64,000 bases of DNA from an uncultured Oscillospiraceae bacterium (GCA_964622315.1 CAZUOY010000004.1:2064-66063); one strand, 5' to 3'. Counted from the first letter of the stretch, positions 1-9,919 are shown. The notes: generated by a model from the sequence alone, not told the origin. Translations and numbers: made by a program.

Positions 1-692
1 TTCCCTATAATGACGGCTGTTCGCTGTATATCCGTCCGTTCATTATTGCTACCGACCCGCACCTCGGCGTTCGCGTTGCGAACAACTATAAGTTTATCAT
101 AATCCTTTCGCCTGTCGGCGCGTATTATAAGGAAGGGCTAAATCCTGTTAAAATTTATATCGAGACAAAGTATGTACGTGCGGTAAGAGGCGGCACGGGT
201 ATGGCGAAAACGGGCGGCAACTATGCGTGCTCGCTAATTGCGCAGGAAGAAGCAAAGAAAGAGAAATATTCTCAGGTTCTCTGGCTTGACGGCGTAGAGA
301 GAAAGTACATAGAAGAAGTCGGCGCAATGAATGTCTTTTTCAAGATTAACGGCGAGGTTGTAACGCCTACGCTTGAAGCGGGAAGCATTCTTCCCGGAAT
401 TACTCGCAAAAGCACAATTGAGCTTCTTAAGAGCTGGGGCGTAAAGGTAAGCGAAAAGAGAATATCCGTTGAAGACCTTGAAAACGCCTTTGATAACGGA
501 ACCTTTGAGGAGGCTTTCGGAACAGGAACGGCGGCGGTAATATCACCTATCGGTGAGCTGAAGGTTAACGGAAAGATTATGACCCTCAACAATGGCAAAA
601 TAGGCGACCTTTCCCAAAAGCTTTACGATACCCTTACAGGCATTCAGTGGGGCAAAATTAAAGACGATTTCGGCTGGACCGAAAAAATTTAA
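1..692 (+). CDS. ilvE: Branched-chain amino acid aminotransferase, 3' part (5' end lies left of the window)
   Basis: Frame of ORF 201..692 stays open back to base 3 (PYNDGCSLYIRPFIIATDPHLGV...). GTGMAKTGGNYA and FGTGTAAVISPIGEL are class IV aminotransferase-like blocks. Confidence 0.85.
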   Translation, partial: PYNDGCSLYIRPFIIATDPHLGVRVANNYKFIIILSPVGAYYKEGLNPVKIYIETKYVRAVRGGTGMAKTGGNYACSLIAQEEAKKEKYSQVLWLDGVERKYIEEVGAMNVFFKINGEVVTPTLEAGSILPGITRKSTIELLKSWGVKVSEKRISVEDLENAFDNGTFEEAFGTGTAAVISPIGELKVNGKIMTLNNGKIGDLSQKLYDTLTGIQWGKIKDDFGWTEKI

Positions 693-735
693 GGAATAAG
701 AAAGGCGGACTTCACGGTCCGCCTTAGTTTTTGAT

Positions 736-1608
736 ATGAAGTATACCTTTATCGTAAACGACGAATATAATGAAAAGAAGCTGTTTTCATTTCTTCGCGC
801 CTTTGCCGGAATATCCGCGTCACTGATAAAAAGCGTGAAGTATGATGTGGGCGGCATAACCGTCAACGGCGAAAACGCAAAGACAAATCAAATTCTTCGC
901 TCGGGCGACAGGGTTATGATAAGCGCGGGCGAGGAGGACAACACTCTTTCGCCCTGCGGCGCAGAGGTCGCGATAGTGTGGGAGAGCGAGGATATTATCG
1001 TTTTCAACAAACCCGCGGGCATGGCGACCCACCCGACCCTTAATTATACCGACGGCACCCTTGCGAACGTCTATGCGAGAATACTGCTTGAAAGAGGCGA
1101 GAGGGGCGCGTTTCACCCGACAAACAGACTGGACAGAAACACCACAGGGCTTGTGCTTGCCGGAAAGAACAGGCTTATAACTCCGCTTCTCGCCAAAGCC
1201 GCTGATAAGGAATATTTAGCGGTAGTCGAAGGTGTGCTCGAAAAGGACGAGGGGGTAATAGACAGCCCAATAGCGTTGGAGGAGGGCTCGATAATAAAGC
1301 GCCGTGCGACAAAGGAGGGGCTTTCTGCCGTGACCGAATACCGAGTGGAAAGGCGCTTTGGTAATCATACCCTTGTCCGTGTGCATATGCTTACCGGAAG
1401 AACCCATCAGATAAGGGTGCATTTTTCCAGCATCGGGCATCCATTGGCGGGCGACGACCTTTACGCAGGAAGCAGAGAGCTCATTTCTCGCCACGCATTA
1501 CACTGTGATAAGCTTACTTTTACCCGCCCGTTTACCGATGAAAGGGTTGAGCTTTCCTGCGTTCTTGCCGAGGATATGAGGTTGCTTATAGAAAGCGGAC
1601 GGCTGTAG
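736..1608 (+). CDS. RluA-family 23S rRNA pseudouridine synthase with N-terminal S4-like domain
   Basis: HPTNRLDRNTTGLVL (catalytic Asp block) and TGRTHQIRVH motifs; 290 aa. Confidence 0.85.
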   Translation: MKYTFIVNDEYNEKKLFSFLRAFAGISASLIKSVKYDVGGITVNGENAKTNQILRSGDRVMISAGEEDNTLSPCGAEVAIVWESEDIIVFNKPAGMATHPTLNYTDGTLANVYARILLERGERGAFHPTNRLDRNTTGLVLAGKNRLITPLLAKAADKEYLAVVEGVLEKDEGVIDSPIALEEGSIIKRRATKEGLSAVTEYRVERRFGNHTLVRVHMLTGRTHQIRVHFSSIGHPLAGDDLYAGSRELISRHALHCDKLTFTRPFTDERVELSCVLAEDMRLLIESGRL

Positions 1609-1718
1609 CCACAAATTGCCTTCAAGCGGGAATGTTGAAATAATAATAAAAATATTATATAATACAAGGTAACTTTGTGCCTATGAGGCAGACGCCTTTT
1701 TAGCAAGGGACACTATTT

Positions 1719-3479
1719 ATGAACAGAAGAACCGCAAAAAGCTCGTCCGTCTTCCGCGGCGCGACTATGGAAAAGCCGCACAGACGTCCGAGAATATGCT
1801 TTAGCCTATTGGCTTCATATTTTTTCAGAGGAATCGGAGATTGGTTTTACTATTTCGGTTCCTCCGTTATACGTGCGCGCAGAAATACCCGAAGGTCTTG
1901 GCGCAGGTGGTTTAAGGGCTTCCGCCAGAACTACAAAAAATCCGCGAAAAAGTTTTTCAGTGGCATCAAAGAGCAGATTTCGACTGTGCGCTCGGACATT
2001 ACCGAGCCCATAGACAAGGCAAAACGCAGTATTAAAAGCCTTGCGGTGGTAATGCAGGGAACGCAGGACAAGACCTTTTCGCAGAAGCTTCAGCGTCTGA
2101 GAATGTTCTTCAAATACGGCTGGCTTTGGAACAAGCACCTTGTCGCGCGCTTTATGAACTATCTGCTTCCCGCAATAAGCGCGATAGTCTGCCTTGCGGT
2201 AATTATCTCTATGCTTAGCCTAAACTATGCGCTTGAGGTTAACTATAACGGGCAGATGATAGGCTATGTCACGGACGAGGCGGTCTACGATTCCGCAAAA
2301 AAGATAATTAAAAGCCGTATGGTAACCGGTTCCTCAAGTACATGGGAACGCGGAGCGACACTACAAATGGCGGTCGTAAACGAAAGCGAGCTTTCCTCGC
2401 AGGACGTTATGGCAACCTCGCTTCTCGCCGTGTCGGGTAACGAAATAGCCGAGGCAACGGGGCTTTTCGTGGGCGGCGAGTTTTACGGCGCGACCACGGC
2501 TACGGCGCTTCTTGAGGAAGCGGTAAACTCGGTTATTGCTCCGTATCAGGAGCAAGCCGCTATGCTCGGCGGAGATATGACGGTTAAATTTGCCCGAAAT
2601 GTTGAGCTGAAAAAGGGTATCTATTCGGTTGACGAAATTGTTCCCTTCGAGGAGCTTGATGCGGTTGTACACTCGAATGAGTCGCAGGATTTATACTATG
2701 ACGTTAAAGAGGGCGAAAAAGCGAGCGACATTGCGCTTGCGAACGGCATTACTCTTGATAATCTGACGGAGCTTAACCCCGGCACCGATATGGAGCTAAA
2801 GGGCGGCGAGCGTTTGCTTGTAGCCGCGGGAGAGCCCCTTTTGAGCGTAAAGACTGTAAGATACAGAACCTATACAGAGTCAATAGGCTTTTCGTCGATG
2901 ACGATAATAGATTCCCGCTTCCCCAACAACTATTTCTTAATGGTTACGACGGGCGAGGAGGGCGAGAAAACTGTCACCGAGGAGATAGAATATCGCGACG
3001 GCGTGGAGGTTTCCACCACGGTTGTTTCCGAGGAGGTAACGAAGCCCGCCGTAAACGCCGAGATAATCAAGGGCGGAAAGCCAATCGGAGATTCCACGAT
3101 TTCCATAGGAACGGGAAGCCTCACATGGCCGACAGGACCTACCTACTCGATAAGCCGCGGCTGGTCCTCCGTCCACTTCGGAATAGATATCGCTTCAGGC
3201 TATGGCACGCCGATTTATGCGGCGGACAACGGCGTTGTTACCTACACGGCTGTAACGGACGTGGGCTACGGAATATATACTATAATTGACCACCAGAACG
3301 GCATGACCACCGTTTACGCGCATCTGAGCGCAAACCTTTGCTCGGTAGGCGACGTAGTAAACAGTGGTGAGCTTATCGGGCTTATGGGCTCGACGGGTAA
3401 CTCCACGGGAAGCCACCTTCACTTTGAAGTAAGAATAGACGGTGAAAAGACAGACCCTGCGCCTTTCCTTTACGGCTAA
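1719..3479 (+). CDS. Membrane-anchored M23 (LytM) metallopeptidase with LysM-like and G5-like segments
   Basis: TM segment near aa 150. LysM-like SDIALANGITLDNLTELNPG. G5-like EKTVTEEIEYRDGVEVSTTVVSEEVTKPAVNAEIIKG. C-terminal HFGIDIA...GNSTGSHLHFEVRIDGEKTDP M23 motifs. Confidence 0.8.
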   Translation: MNRRTAKSSSVFRGATMEKPHRRPRICFSLLASYFFRGIGDWFYYFGSSVIRARRNTRRSWRRWFKGFRQNYKKSAKKFFSGIKEQISTVRSDITEPIDKAKRSIKSLAVVMQGTQDKTFSQKLQRLRMFFKYGWLWNKHLVARFMNYLLPAISAIVCLAVIISMLSLNYALEVNYNGQMIGYVTDEAVYDSAKKIIKSRMVTGSSSTWERGATLQMAVVNESELSSQDVMATSLLAVSGNEIAEATGLFVGGEFYGATTATALLEEAVNSVIAPYQEQAAMLGGDMTVKFARNVELKKGIYSVDEIVPFEELDAVVHSNESQDLYYDVKEGEKASDIALANGITLDNLTELNPGTDMELKGGERLLVAAGEPLLSVKTVRYRTYTESIGFSSMTIIDSRFPNNYFLMVTTGEEGEKTVTEEIEYRDGVEVSTTVVSEEVTKPAVNAEIIKGGKPIGDSTISIGTGSLTWPTGPTYSISRGWSSVHFGIDIASGYGTPIYAADNGVVTYTAVTDVGYGIYTIIDHQNGMTTVYAHLSANLCSVGDVVNSGELIGLMGSTGNSTGSHLHFEVRIDGEKTDPAPFLYG

Positions 3480-3521
3480 AGTCGGCGAAAGAAAGAATTA
3501 ACCTGAAACGAGGTTGCGGTT

Positions 3522-4808
3522 TTGGAGAAATTTATAATTAACGGCGGCGTTAGCCTTAAGGGCAGCGTGGACATCAGCGGCGCGAAGAACGCCGCGGTCG
3601 CCATTCTTCCTGCGGTGCTTGTCTCCGACGGCATATGTGTTATCGAAAACGTACCGAACATAAGCGATGTTGCCATAATCACAAGAATACTTTCCACCCT
3701 CGGTGCTTCCGTGAAGCCGCTTGATAAGCATACCCTTGAAATCGACGCTCGGCATGTTACAAGCCACGAGGTACCGCACGAGCTTTCCCGCCATATGCGT
3801 GCGTCATACTATTTTTTAGGCGCACTTCTTTCAAAGTTTCAAAAGGCGAAGGTTTCGCTTCCGGGCGGCTGTAATTTAGGCGCGCGCCCGATAGATTTGC
3901 ACCTAAAGGCGTTTGCGTCGCTCGGCTGTGACGTGGACGTAGAATACGGAATGGTCAACGTTAGCCGAAACGGACGTCTCAAGGGCGCGAGAATCTATTT
4001 TGACACCGTTTCCGTCGGCGCAACAATTAACACTATACTCGCCGCCGTGAAGGCGGAGGGACAAACGATTCTCGAAAACGTCGCGAAGGAGCCGCACATA
4101 GTCGATGTAGCGAACTTCCTTAACTCCATGGGTGCGGACATACGCGGAGCTGGTACCGACGTCATAAAAATAAACGGTGTAGCGTTTTTGCGCGGCACGA
4201 ACTATTCTATTATCCCCGACCAGATTGAAGCGGGTACATATATGGCGGCGGCTGTTGCTACGAGCGGCGATATTACCGTTAACAACATTACCCCGAAGCA
4301 CCTTGAGTCTATTACCTCGCTTATGCTCCGCGCGGGCGCCGAGGTGGAGGAGTTCGAGGAATCGCTTCATATTTGGCGTTCGGGCGAGCTTCATCCCACC
4401 AACGTAAAAACCATGCCGCATCCCGGCTTTCCCACCGATATGCAGCCGCAGATGTCTACTATTCTGTCGCTTGCAAAGGGCACCTCAATAATTACCGAAA
4501 GCATATGGGATAACCGCTTTAAGTATGTTGACGAACTACGAAGGATGGGCGCGAATATTCAGGTGGACGGTAAGGTAGCTATAATTGAGGGAATAGGCTG
4601 TTTTACGGGAGCACCCGTAAAAGCAACAGACCTTCGCGCGGGCGCGGCTATGATAATTGCGGGACTTACCGCAAAGGATACCACCGAAATTGAGGATATC
4701 TACCATATTGAACGCGGGTATGAGGACGTGGTAGATAAGCTGAAAGCGCTCGGCGCAAGGATAGAGCGTGTGGTAACGCCTGACGACTACATAGAGAAGG
4801 CGCAGTAA
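3522..4808 (+). CDS. murA: UDP-N-acetylglucosamine 1-carboxyvinyltransferase
   Basis: TTG start; 428 aa. ISGAKNAAVAILPA, LPGGCNLGARPIDLHL and PGFPTDMQPQ blocks are typical of MurA. Confidence 0.92.
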   Translation: MEKFIINGGVSLKGSVDISGAKNAAVAILPAVLVSDGICVIENVPNISDVAIITRILSTLGASVKPLDKHTLEIDARHVTSHEVPHELSRHMRASYYFLGALLSKFQKAKVSLPGGCNLGARPIDLHLKAFASLGCDVDVEYGMVNVSRNGRLKGARIYFDTVSVGATINTILAAVKAEGQTILENVAKEPHIVDVANFLNSMGADIRGAGTDVIKINGVAFLRGTNYSIIPDQIEAGTYMAAAVATSGDITVNNITPKHLESITSLMLRAGAEVEEFEESLHIWRSGELHPTNVKTMPHPGFPTDMQPQMSTILSLAKGTSIITESIWDNRFKYVDELRRMGANIQVDGKVAIIEGIGCFTGAPVKATDLRAGAAMIIAGLTAKDTTEIEDIYHIERGYEDVVDKLKALGARIERVVTPDDYIEKAQ

Positions 4809-4829
4809 GCTAAGAGCTTTCGGGCGAAG

Positions 4830-5663
4830 ATGAATTTCTTCGCCTTTATAATTTTTAAGGGGGGAATTGAAACGGCTAAGATAGCGACGCTTTATTCGGG
4901 AAGCAGCGGCAATAGCACCCTTGTTTGCGGTGAAAGAGCACGGGTGCTCGTCGATATGGGCTGCAGCTGCAAGAAGACACTCGCCGAGCTTTATTCGCTC
5001 GGTGTTTCTGCGCGTGATATTGATGCCGTGCTGATTACCCACGAGCACAGCGACCATGTCGGCGGACTTCTCACCTTCCTTTCAAGCTATGGCATACCTG
5101 TCTGCGGAAGTGAGCGCACCCTTAATTATTTAAGCGAGCGCGGAATTGTTCCGAAGAACACAAAGCTGGTTCCCCTTCAAAAGGGCGAGCCGTTTACAGT
5201 GGGCGACATTACCGCTCGGTGCTTTTCCACAAGCCACGACAGCGCCGATTGCGTTGGCTACCGCTTTGGCTTTGAAGGCGGCGGCAGCGCGGCGGTAGCG
5301 ACCGACTTGGGGTATATTTCCGATGAGGTAATGAACGAGGTTTCAGGCTGTTCGCTTGTGGGGCTTGAATCAAACTATGACGACAGTATGCTCCTTTCGG
5401 GGAAATATCCGTATTACCTGAAAGCGCGTATTCGCTCGCACGTCGGTCACCTTAGCAACCGAGAGTGCGCCGAGGCGGCGGTAAGACTTGCCGAGACGGG
5501 AACGAAAAGGCTTATACTTATGCACCTGAGCCGCGAGAACAATATACCCGAGCTTGCGCTGACCGGCTGTCTTTCCATTTTGGAAAACTACGGAATTACC
5601 GAGGATACCTTTAAGGTAACAGTTGCGCCGCGCCACGAAACGAGCGGATTTATCGAGGTGTAG
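4830..5663 (+). CDS. MBL-fold metallo-hydrolase (YycJ/WalJ-like)
   Basis: THEHSDH zinc motif and overall beta-lactamase-fold pattern. The start codon is uncertain because the first ~15 aa look non-native. Confidence 0.7.
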   Translation: MNFFAFIIFKGGIETAKIATLYSGSSGNSTLVCGERARVLVDMGCSCKKTLAELYSLGVSARDIDAVLITHEHSDHVGGLLTFLSSYGIPVCGSERTLNYLSERGIVPKNTKLVPLQKGEPFTVGDITARCFSTSHDSADCVGYRFGFEGGGSAAVATDLGYISDEVMNEVSGCSLVGLESNYDDSMLLSGKYPYYLKARIRSHVGHLSNRECAEAAVRLAETGTKRLILMHLSRENNIPELALTGCLSILENYGITEDTFKVTVAPRHETSGFIEV

Positions 5664-5664
5664 T

Positions 5665-6144
5665 ATGCTAAGTATTGACATTGTCTGCGTCGGAAAGCTT
5701 TCTCAAAGCTTTCTCCGCGACGGCTGTGCGGAATATGTTAAGCGCATTTCTTCCTTCGCGAAGCTTACCGTTACCGAGCTTTCCGAAACTAAGCTTGCCG
5801 ACGAGAGCAAAGCCGGAGAGCAAAGGGTGATTGAGGACGAGTCAGCCAGAATAATGGCTCATCTCTCAAAGAAAAAACAACTTGTTGTCGCCATGTGCGT
5901 GGAGGGGAAGAAGCTAAGCTCAACCGAGCTTGCCACATACATTTCCCGCGCACAGAACGACACCTCCGCCATAGCCTTTGTAATAGGCGGCTCGCTTGGA
6001 CTTTCGGAAGAATTGAAGAATAGCGCCGACCTCAAGCTTTCTGTTTCTGACATGACCTTTCCTCACCAGCTTTTTCGCTTAATGCTTCTTGAACAAATCT
6101 ACCGAGCGCAAACAATTAATTGTAATATTAAATATCATAAATAA
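5665..6144 (+). CDS. rlmH: 23S rRNA (pseudouridine1915-N3)-methyltransferase
   Basis: SPOUT-type ~159 aa protein starting MLSIDIVCVGKL, with FVIGGSLGLS..SDMTFPHQL C-terminal block. ATG at 5665 chosen over the longer ORF start 5623, which overlaps the upstream gene. Confidence 0.85.
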   Translation: MLSIDIVCVGKLSQSFLRDGCAEYVKRISSFAKLTVTELSETKLADESKAGEQRVIEDESARIMAHLSKKKQLVVAMCVEGKKLSSTELATYISRAQNDTSAIAFVIGGSLGLSEELKNSADLKLSVSDMTFPHQLFRLMLLEQIYRAQTINCNIKYHK

Positions 6145-6172
6145 ACGGACGGCTGAAAGCCGCCCGTTTTTC
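6144..6172 (+). terminator. Rho-independent terminator after rlmH
   Basis: AACGGACGGC-tgaaa-GCCGCCCGTT followed by a T run. Confidence 0.65.
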
Positions 6173-6259
6173 TCTGTAAAGTAAGCTACGGTAATTAAAA
6201 GGATATTTCACGCATATATATAAAACACTTCCAAATATATAAGAGGGGTGTTTTATTAT

Positions 6260-6868
6260 ATGTATGCCGCGTCAGTAGGCAAGAAACAGATAGGAAAAGG
6301 AATGATTTTCGCGCTCGCGGGGCTCGCGGTGCTTGCCGCAGTTCTGCTTTTAGGAGGAAAGGATAATGACAGCAGCGTCGGCGAGATAGACGGCTCGACG
6401 GAGGAGACAAGACGGTCTTATCTTTCATCGCTCGGTCTTGTGCTTTCCGAAACGAGCTCAATAGCGGACGTCGGCGTGCCCGAGCAGTTCGACGAGCGGT
6501 TCACGGAATATAACGAGATGCTTAAAACCACCGGCTTCGACCTTGAAGGCTATAAGGGCAAAACCGTAAAGAAGTGCACCTACACGGTGGTAAACCGTGA
6601 AGATTTGGGCGGCGAGGTAAACGCCGTGCTGCTTCTTGACGGAAACGCGGTTGTCGGAGGACACCTTGTAAACCTAAAAAGCGGCACGCTGTATCCGCTC
6701 TTTGAGGCAACCGCCGAGGAGCAGGGCGAAACGGCCCCGGAAACCGAGGAGACTATACTGCCCGCTGAGGAAACAGCGGCGGAGCCGACTGAGGATTTAA
6801 ACGAAGGAGAAACTGAAAGCGAAACCGAGAAGGAAGAAATCCCCGCGTCAGCTTTTCCGACGGAATAA
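6260..6868 (+). CDS. Membrane-anchored hypothetical protein (DUF4830-like) with acidic C-terminal tail
   Basis: N-terminal TM (IFALAGLAVLAAVLLLGG). The core RRSYLSSLGLVLSE..VPEQFDERFTEYNEML..GKTVKKCTY resembles DUF4830 proteins from memory. ATG at 6260 follows AGAGGGG. Confidence 0.45.
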   Translation: MYAASVGKKQIGKGMIFALAGLAVLAAVLLLGGKDNDSSVGEIDGSTEETRRSYLSSLGLVLSETSSIADVGVPEQFDERFTEYNEMLKTTGFDLEGYKGKTVKKCTYTVVNREDLGGEVNAVLLLDGNAVVGGHLVNLKSGTLYPLFEATAEEQGETAPETEETILPAEETAAEPTEDLNEGETESETEKEEIPASAFPTE

Positions 6869-6871
6869 ATA

Positions 6872-6907
6872 AAGAAGCCTATTCGGCATAGCCGAATAGG
6901 CTTCTTC
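6872..6907. terminator. Bidirectional terminator between convergent genes
   Basis: Perfect hairpin AAGAAGCCTATTCGG-cata-GCCGAATAGGCTTCTT. Confidence 0.7.
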
Positions 6908-6946
6908 TTGGAAATATCCGCTGCGAAAACGCTTATGTTGATTTAT

Positions 6947-7711
6947 TTAAGCAGCGTAGGTTTCCACCTTGATTGTTTTTATAATTACCTGTTCCTTCGG
7001 CTGGTCTGCGCTGTTGGTTTCAACTGAGGCTATCTTGTCTATTACGTCCAAACCCTCGTAAACCTGTCCGAAAACGGTGTAGTTGAAATCAAGGCTTGGG
7101 TATCCTCCAAGCGCGTCATAGGCGTCGGCAATCTCTGCGCCCCAGCCGTCCTCCGCGGAATAGCCGCGCATCTGGTCGGTCGTGGCTTTGTCCAGCTTAT
7201 CACCGTGCACGATATAAAACTGGCTGCTCTGTGAAACTGTGGTGTCACCGCGCCTTGCCATACAAAGCGCGCCCTTGATGTGGTGAAGCTCGGCGCAAAT
7301 CTCTATGTCGAATTCCTCGCCCCAAATGCTTTCGCCGCCCAATCCCGTGCCCTCGGGGTCGCCGCCTTGTATCATAAAGTTTTCAATAATACGGTGAAAT
7401 ATCACTCCGTCGTAATATCCCTCGTTCGCGTGGGTGATAAAGTTTTCAACAGCCTTCGGCGCGTATTGCGGATAGACAATCGCCTTCATAGTGCCCATAT
7501 TTGTTTCGATAGAAACAACGGTGTCGCCATCCTTCGGGGGTTGAAGCTGTATAGCCATATTGGAGGTGTCTCCTTTTATAATATCAGTTATTTTAGATGG
7601 TGAGGGTTCAGTCGGAGTTTTCGAATTTGAGGGGGTTGGCGGCTTTACCTCGCAGGAGGCAAGAACGCTCAGTAATACCGCCGCCGCGATAAAAGAAACT
7701 ATTTTTTTCAT
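6947..7711 (-). CDS. Cyclophilin-type peptidyl-prolyl cis-trans isomerase, lipoprotein
   Basis: Lipobox LLSVLASC at the N-terminus; FHRIIENFMIQGGDP and GALCMARRG cyclophilin blocks. Confidence 0.88.
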   Translation of the reverse strand: MKKIVSFIAAAVLLSVLASCEVKPPTPSNSKTPTEPSPSKITDIIKGDTSNMAIQLQPPKDGDTVVSIETNMGTMKAIVYPQYAPKAVENFITHANEGYYDGVIFHRIIENFMIQGGDPEGTGLGGESIWGEEFDIEICAELHHIKGALCMARRGDTTVSQSSQFYIVHGDKLDKATTDQMRGYSAEDGWGAEIADAYDALGGYPSLDFNYTVFGQVYEGLDVIDKIASVETNSADQPKEQVIIKTIKVETYAA

Positions 7712-7867
7712 GAGATACCGCTTTCGATAGTTTTTTCATATACTGCATTATATTATTGTTACAGCATAAAATATATTATACCACGTTTGTTAATGTTTGT
7801 GTAATTGACTTTACCACGTATAAAAAGTACAATTATGTTACAGGAAACCCCTGCAAGGAGAGTACAG

Positions 7868-8215
7868 ATGTCAGACGAAATGAACAATACCCCCACCCCC
7901 GAGGACGAGGGCGCGGAATTTACCGCAGACCTTGTAACCCTCACCGATGAGGAAGGCAAGGAGCACGAATTTGAGCTGGTCGATACCCTTGAGCACAAGG
8001 GTCAAAGCTACGTCGCGCTTATCGCGTCGGCGGAGACCGCGAACGAGGTTATAGACGACGACGGAAACCTCGTAATTATGAAGATTGTTTCCGAGGACGG
8101 CGACGACGAGGTTCTTGAGCTTATCGAGGACGACGACGAGTTTGAGGAGGTAAGCGAAATCTTTATGGACCGTCTTTCCGACCTCTACGAGTTCGACGAG
8201 GGCGAAGCGGACTAA
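7868..8215 (+). CDS. DUF1292-family acidic protein
   Basis: LTDEEGKEHEFELVDTLEHKGQSYVALI block and highly acidic tail. ATG at 7868 is preceded by AAGGAGAG. Confidence 0.6.
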   Translation: MSDEMNNTPTPEDEGAEFTADLVTLTDEEGKEHEFELVDTLEHKGQSYVALIASAETANEVIDDDGNLVIMKIVSEDGDDEVLELIEDDDEFEEVSEIFMDRLSDLYEFDEGEAD

Positions 8216-8440
8216 CCAAAAAGCGTAAATACCCCTGCTTTGTGCGATATGTTGCAGTTTCTTTTTAATCCGACAAGCATTAGAATAGGGAATTGTACTC
8301 CGTTGGCGGATTGCAGACCTCCCCTTTAGGGACGAAGGGAGCGTGAAACCAAAGGGACGGTACCCACCGTCGTAGCGACGGGTTCTAAACCGACTGCAGA
8401 CGGCAAAGCGGGGATATATTTATGTCCAAAGGAAGTAATT

Positions 8441-9139
8441 ATGGGCGACTGGCTTGACAGACAAAGAAGACTTATCGGGGACGAAGCTACCTTCGCGCTC
8501 GAAAAGGCAAAAGTAGCGGTTATCGGCGTGGGCGGCGTGGGTGGCGCGGCGCTTGAGGCGGTGGTGCGCGCGGGCATAGGGCATATACTTGTTATCGACT
8601 GCGATGTTTTTGACGAGACCAACCTGAACCGCCAGATAATCGCGACACGCGGCGAGATAGGTAAGAGTAAGGCTGACGTCGCACGACTGCGCGCCCTTTC
8701 AATTAACCCGAACGCAGACGTTACAGCTAAAAATATACGAATTTCAGAGGAAACCGTAAATGAGGTTGTTGATTACCGGCCCGACTTCGTAATTGACGCG
8801 ATAGATTCGGTTTCCGCGAAGCTCGCGCTCATTGAGGTCTGCAGCAAAAACGATATTCCGATAATCTCCTCTATGGGCACGGGCAACCGTACTGACTGCG
8901 GCGGCTTTATCATAGGAAGCATTGAGGAGACGGCTGGCTGCGGCTGTCCGCTGGCACGCGTTATGAGACGGGAGCTAAAAAAGCGCAATATAAGCGGCGT
9001 TGCGGTGCTTTATAACAAAAACGCGCCGTTGGATGCCGACGGCGAGAGAGCGCCCGCGAGTATATCTTTTGTTCCGCCCGTTGCGGGCTATACAATGGCG
9101 GGCTATGTTATTCGGTGGCTCGCAAAGCTTAATACATAA
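8441..9139 (+). CDS. tcdA: tRNA threonylcarbamoyladenosine dehydratase (ThiF/E1-like)
   Basis: VAVIGVGGVGGAALEAVVRAGIG Rossmann motif, D.D.....NLNRQ block, ~230 aa. Confidence 0.8.
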   Translation: MGDWLDRQRRLIGDEATFALEKAKVAVIGVGGVGGAALEAVVRAGIGHILVIDCDVFDETNLNRQIIATRGEIGKSKADVARLRALSINPNADVTAKNIRISEETVNEVVDYRPDFVIDAIDSVSAKLALIEVCSKNDIPIISSMGTGNRTDCGGFIIGSIEETAGCGCPLARVMRRELKKRNISGVAVLYNKNAPLDADGERAPASISFVPPVAGYTMAGYVIRWLAKLNT

Positions 9140-9146
9140 ATATACG

Positions 9147-9180
9147 CACCCGCGGAACACTAACCGCGGGTGATTTTATT
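9147..9180 (+). terminator. Rho-independent terminator after tcdA
   Basis: CACCCGCGG-aacactaa-CCGCGGGTG followed by ATTTTATT. Confidence 0.7.
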
Positions 9181-9530
9181 TGAAGAAGCTAAAAATGATA
9201 GTGGGCGGCGCGGTCTGCGGCTTTTTAAACGGTCTGTTTGGAAGCGGCGGCGGCGTGGTGGCGGTAATGCTGCTGCGCACGCTGATTTCGGACGAGCGGA
9301 AGGCGCACGCAAGCGCTACGCTGATGATTCTTTTAATGAGCGGTGTAAGCTTTGGGCTCTACGCCGCAAACGGCAGCGTAGACTACGAAACCGCGCTTAT
9401 GCTGGTGCCCGGCGGACTTGTCGGCGCGGCGGTAGGCAGTATGTTCCTAAAAAAGGTGAAGTCTGATTTCCTGCGGCGTCTTTTCGGCGGGGTCATCGCC
9501 GTGTCGGGCGTCGTTATGCTTCTCAGATGA
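9180..9530 (+). CDS. Half-size TauE/SafE (TSUP) family membrane protein, part 1
   Basis: GFLNGLFGSGGGVVAV motif and 4 predicted TM segments. Start is TTG 9180 or ATG 9195. Confidence 0.65.
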   Translation: MKKLKMIVGGAVCGFLNGLFGSGGGVVAVMLLRTLISDERKAHASATLMILLMSGVSFGLYAANGSVDYETALMLVPGGLVGAAVGSMFLKKVKSDFLRRLFGGVIAVSGVVMLLR

Positions 9531-9907
9531 GCTGGTTAATAGCGTCGATAATCGGCGCGCTGTCGGGCGTGCTCGCTTCCATGGGGCTCGGCGGCGGCTT
9601 TATCCTTCTCGTATATCTCACCCTTTTTACCGATATAGAACAGAAAACCGCGCAGGGAGTAAACCTTCTTTTCTTTATTCCCATAATTATTTTATCGCTT
9701 GTGTTTCATATAAAAAACAAGCTTATAGACTTCAAGGCGGCGCTCATCTGCGGAGCTGTCGGCGCGGCGGTGGTCTACTTTGGCTTTCTTCTTGCGAAAA
9801 GCCTTGATAACGACTGGTTGAGACGCGCTTTTGCGGTATTCATCATTGTTGCCGGACTCAAGGATTTATTTACTAAAAAGATTGACAAAAAGACGCCTAT
9901 GGAATAA
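9527..9907 (+). CDS. Half-size TauE/SafE (TSUP) family membrane protein, part 2
   Basis: SGVLASMGLGGGFILLV motif and 4 TM segments. ATGA stop/start overlap with the preceding half. Confidence 0.65.
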   Translation: MSWLIASIIGALSGVLASMGLGGGFILLVYLTLFTDIEQKTAQGVNLLFFIPIIILSLVFHIKNKLIDFKAALICGAVGAAVVYFGFLLAKSLDNDWLRRAFAVFIIVAGLKDLFTKKIDKKTPME

Positions 9908-9919
9908 ACTAATAACACA

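Noticed and set aside
8230-8440. Cobalamin riboswitch (the region starts with AATAGGGAA) or a tRNA (GGTTCTAAACC resembles a T-loop)
   Set aside because: No B12 box (GCCACTG-type) or other conserved cobalamin blocks follow. The T-loop-like segment has no complementary 5-bp stem or acceptor arm. It is reported only as an unassigned structured leader.
9170-9466. Arg-rich 98-aa ORF overlapping the first TauE half
   Set aside because: It is an off-frame reading of a GC-rich membrane-protein gene, with implausible composition (RRRGGGNAAAH...).
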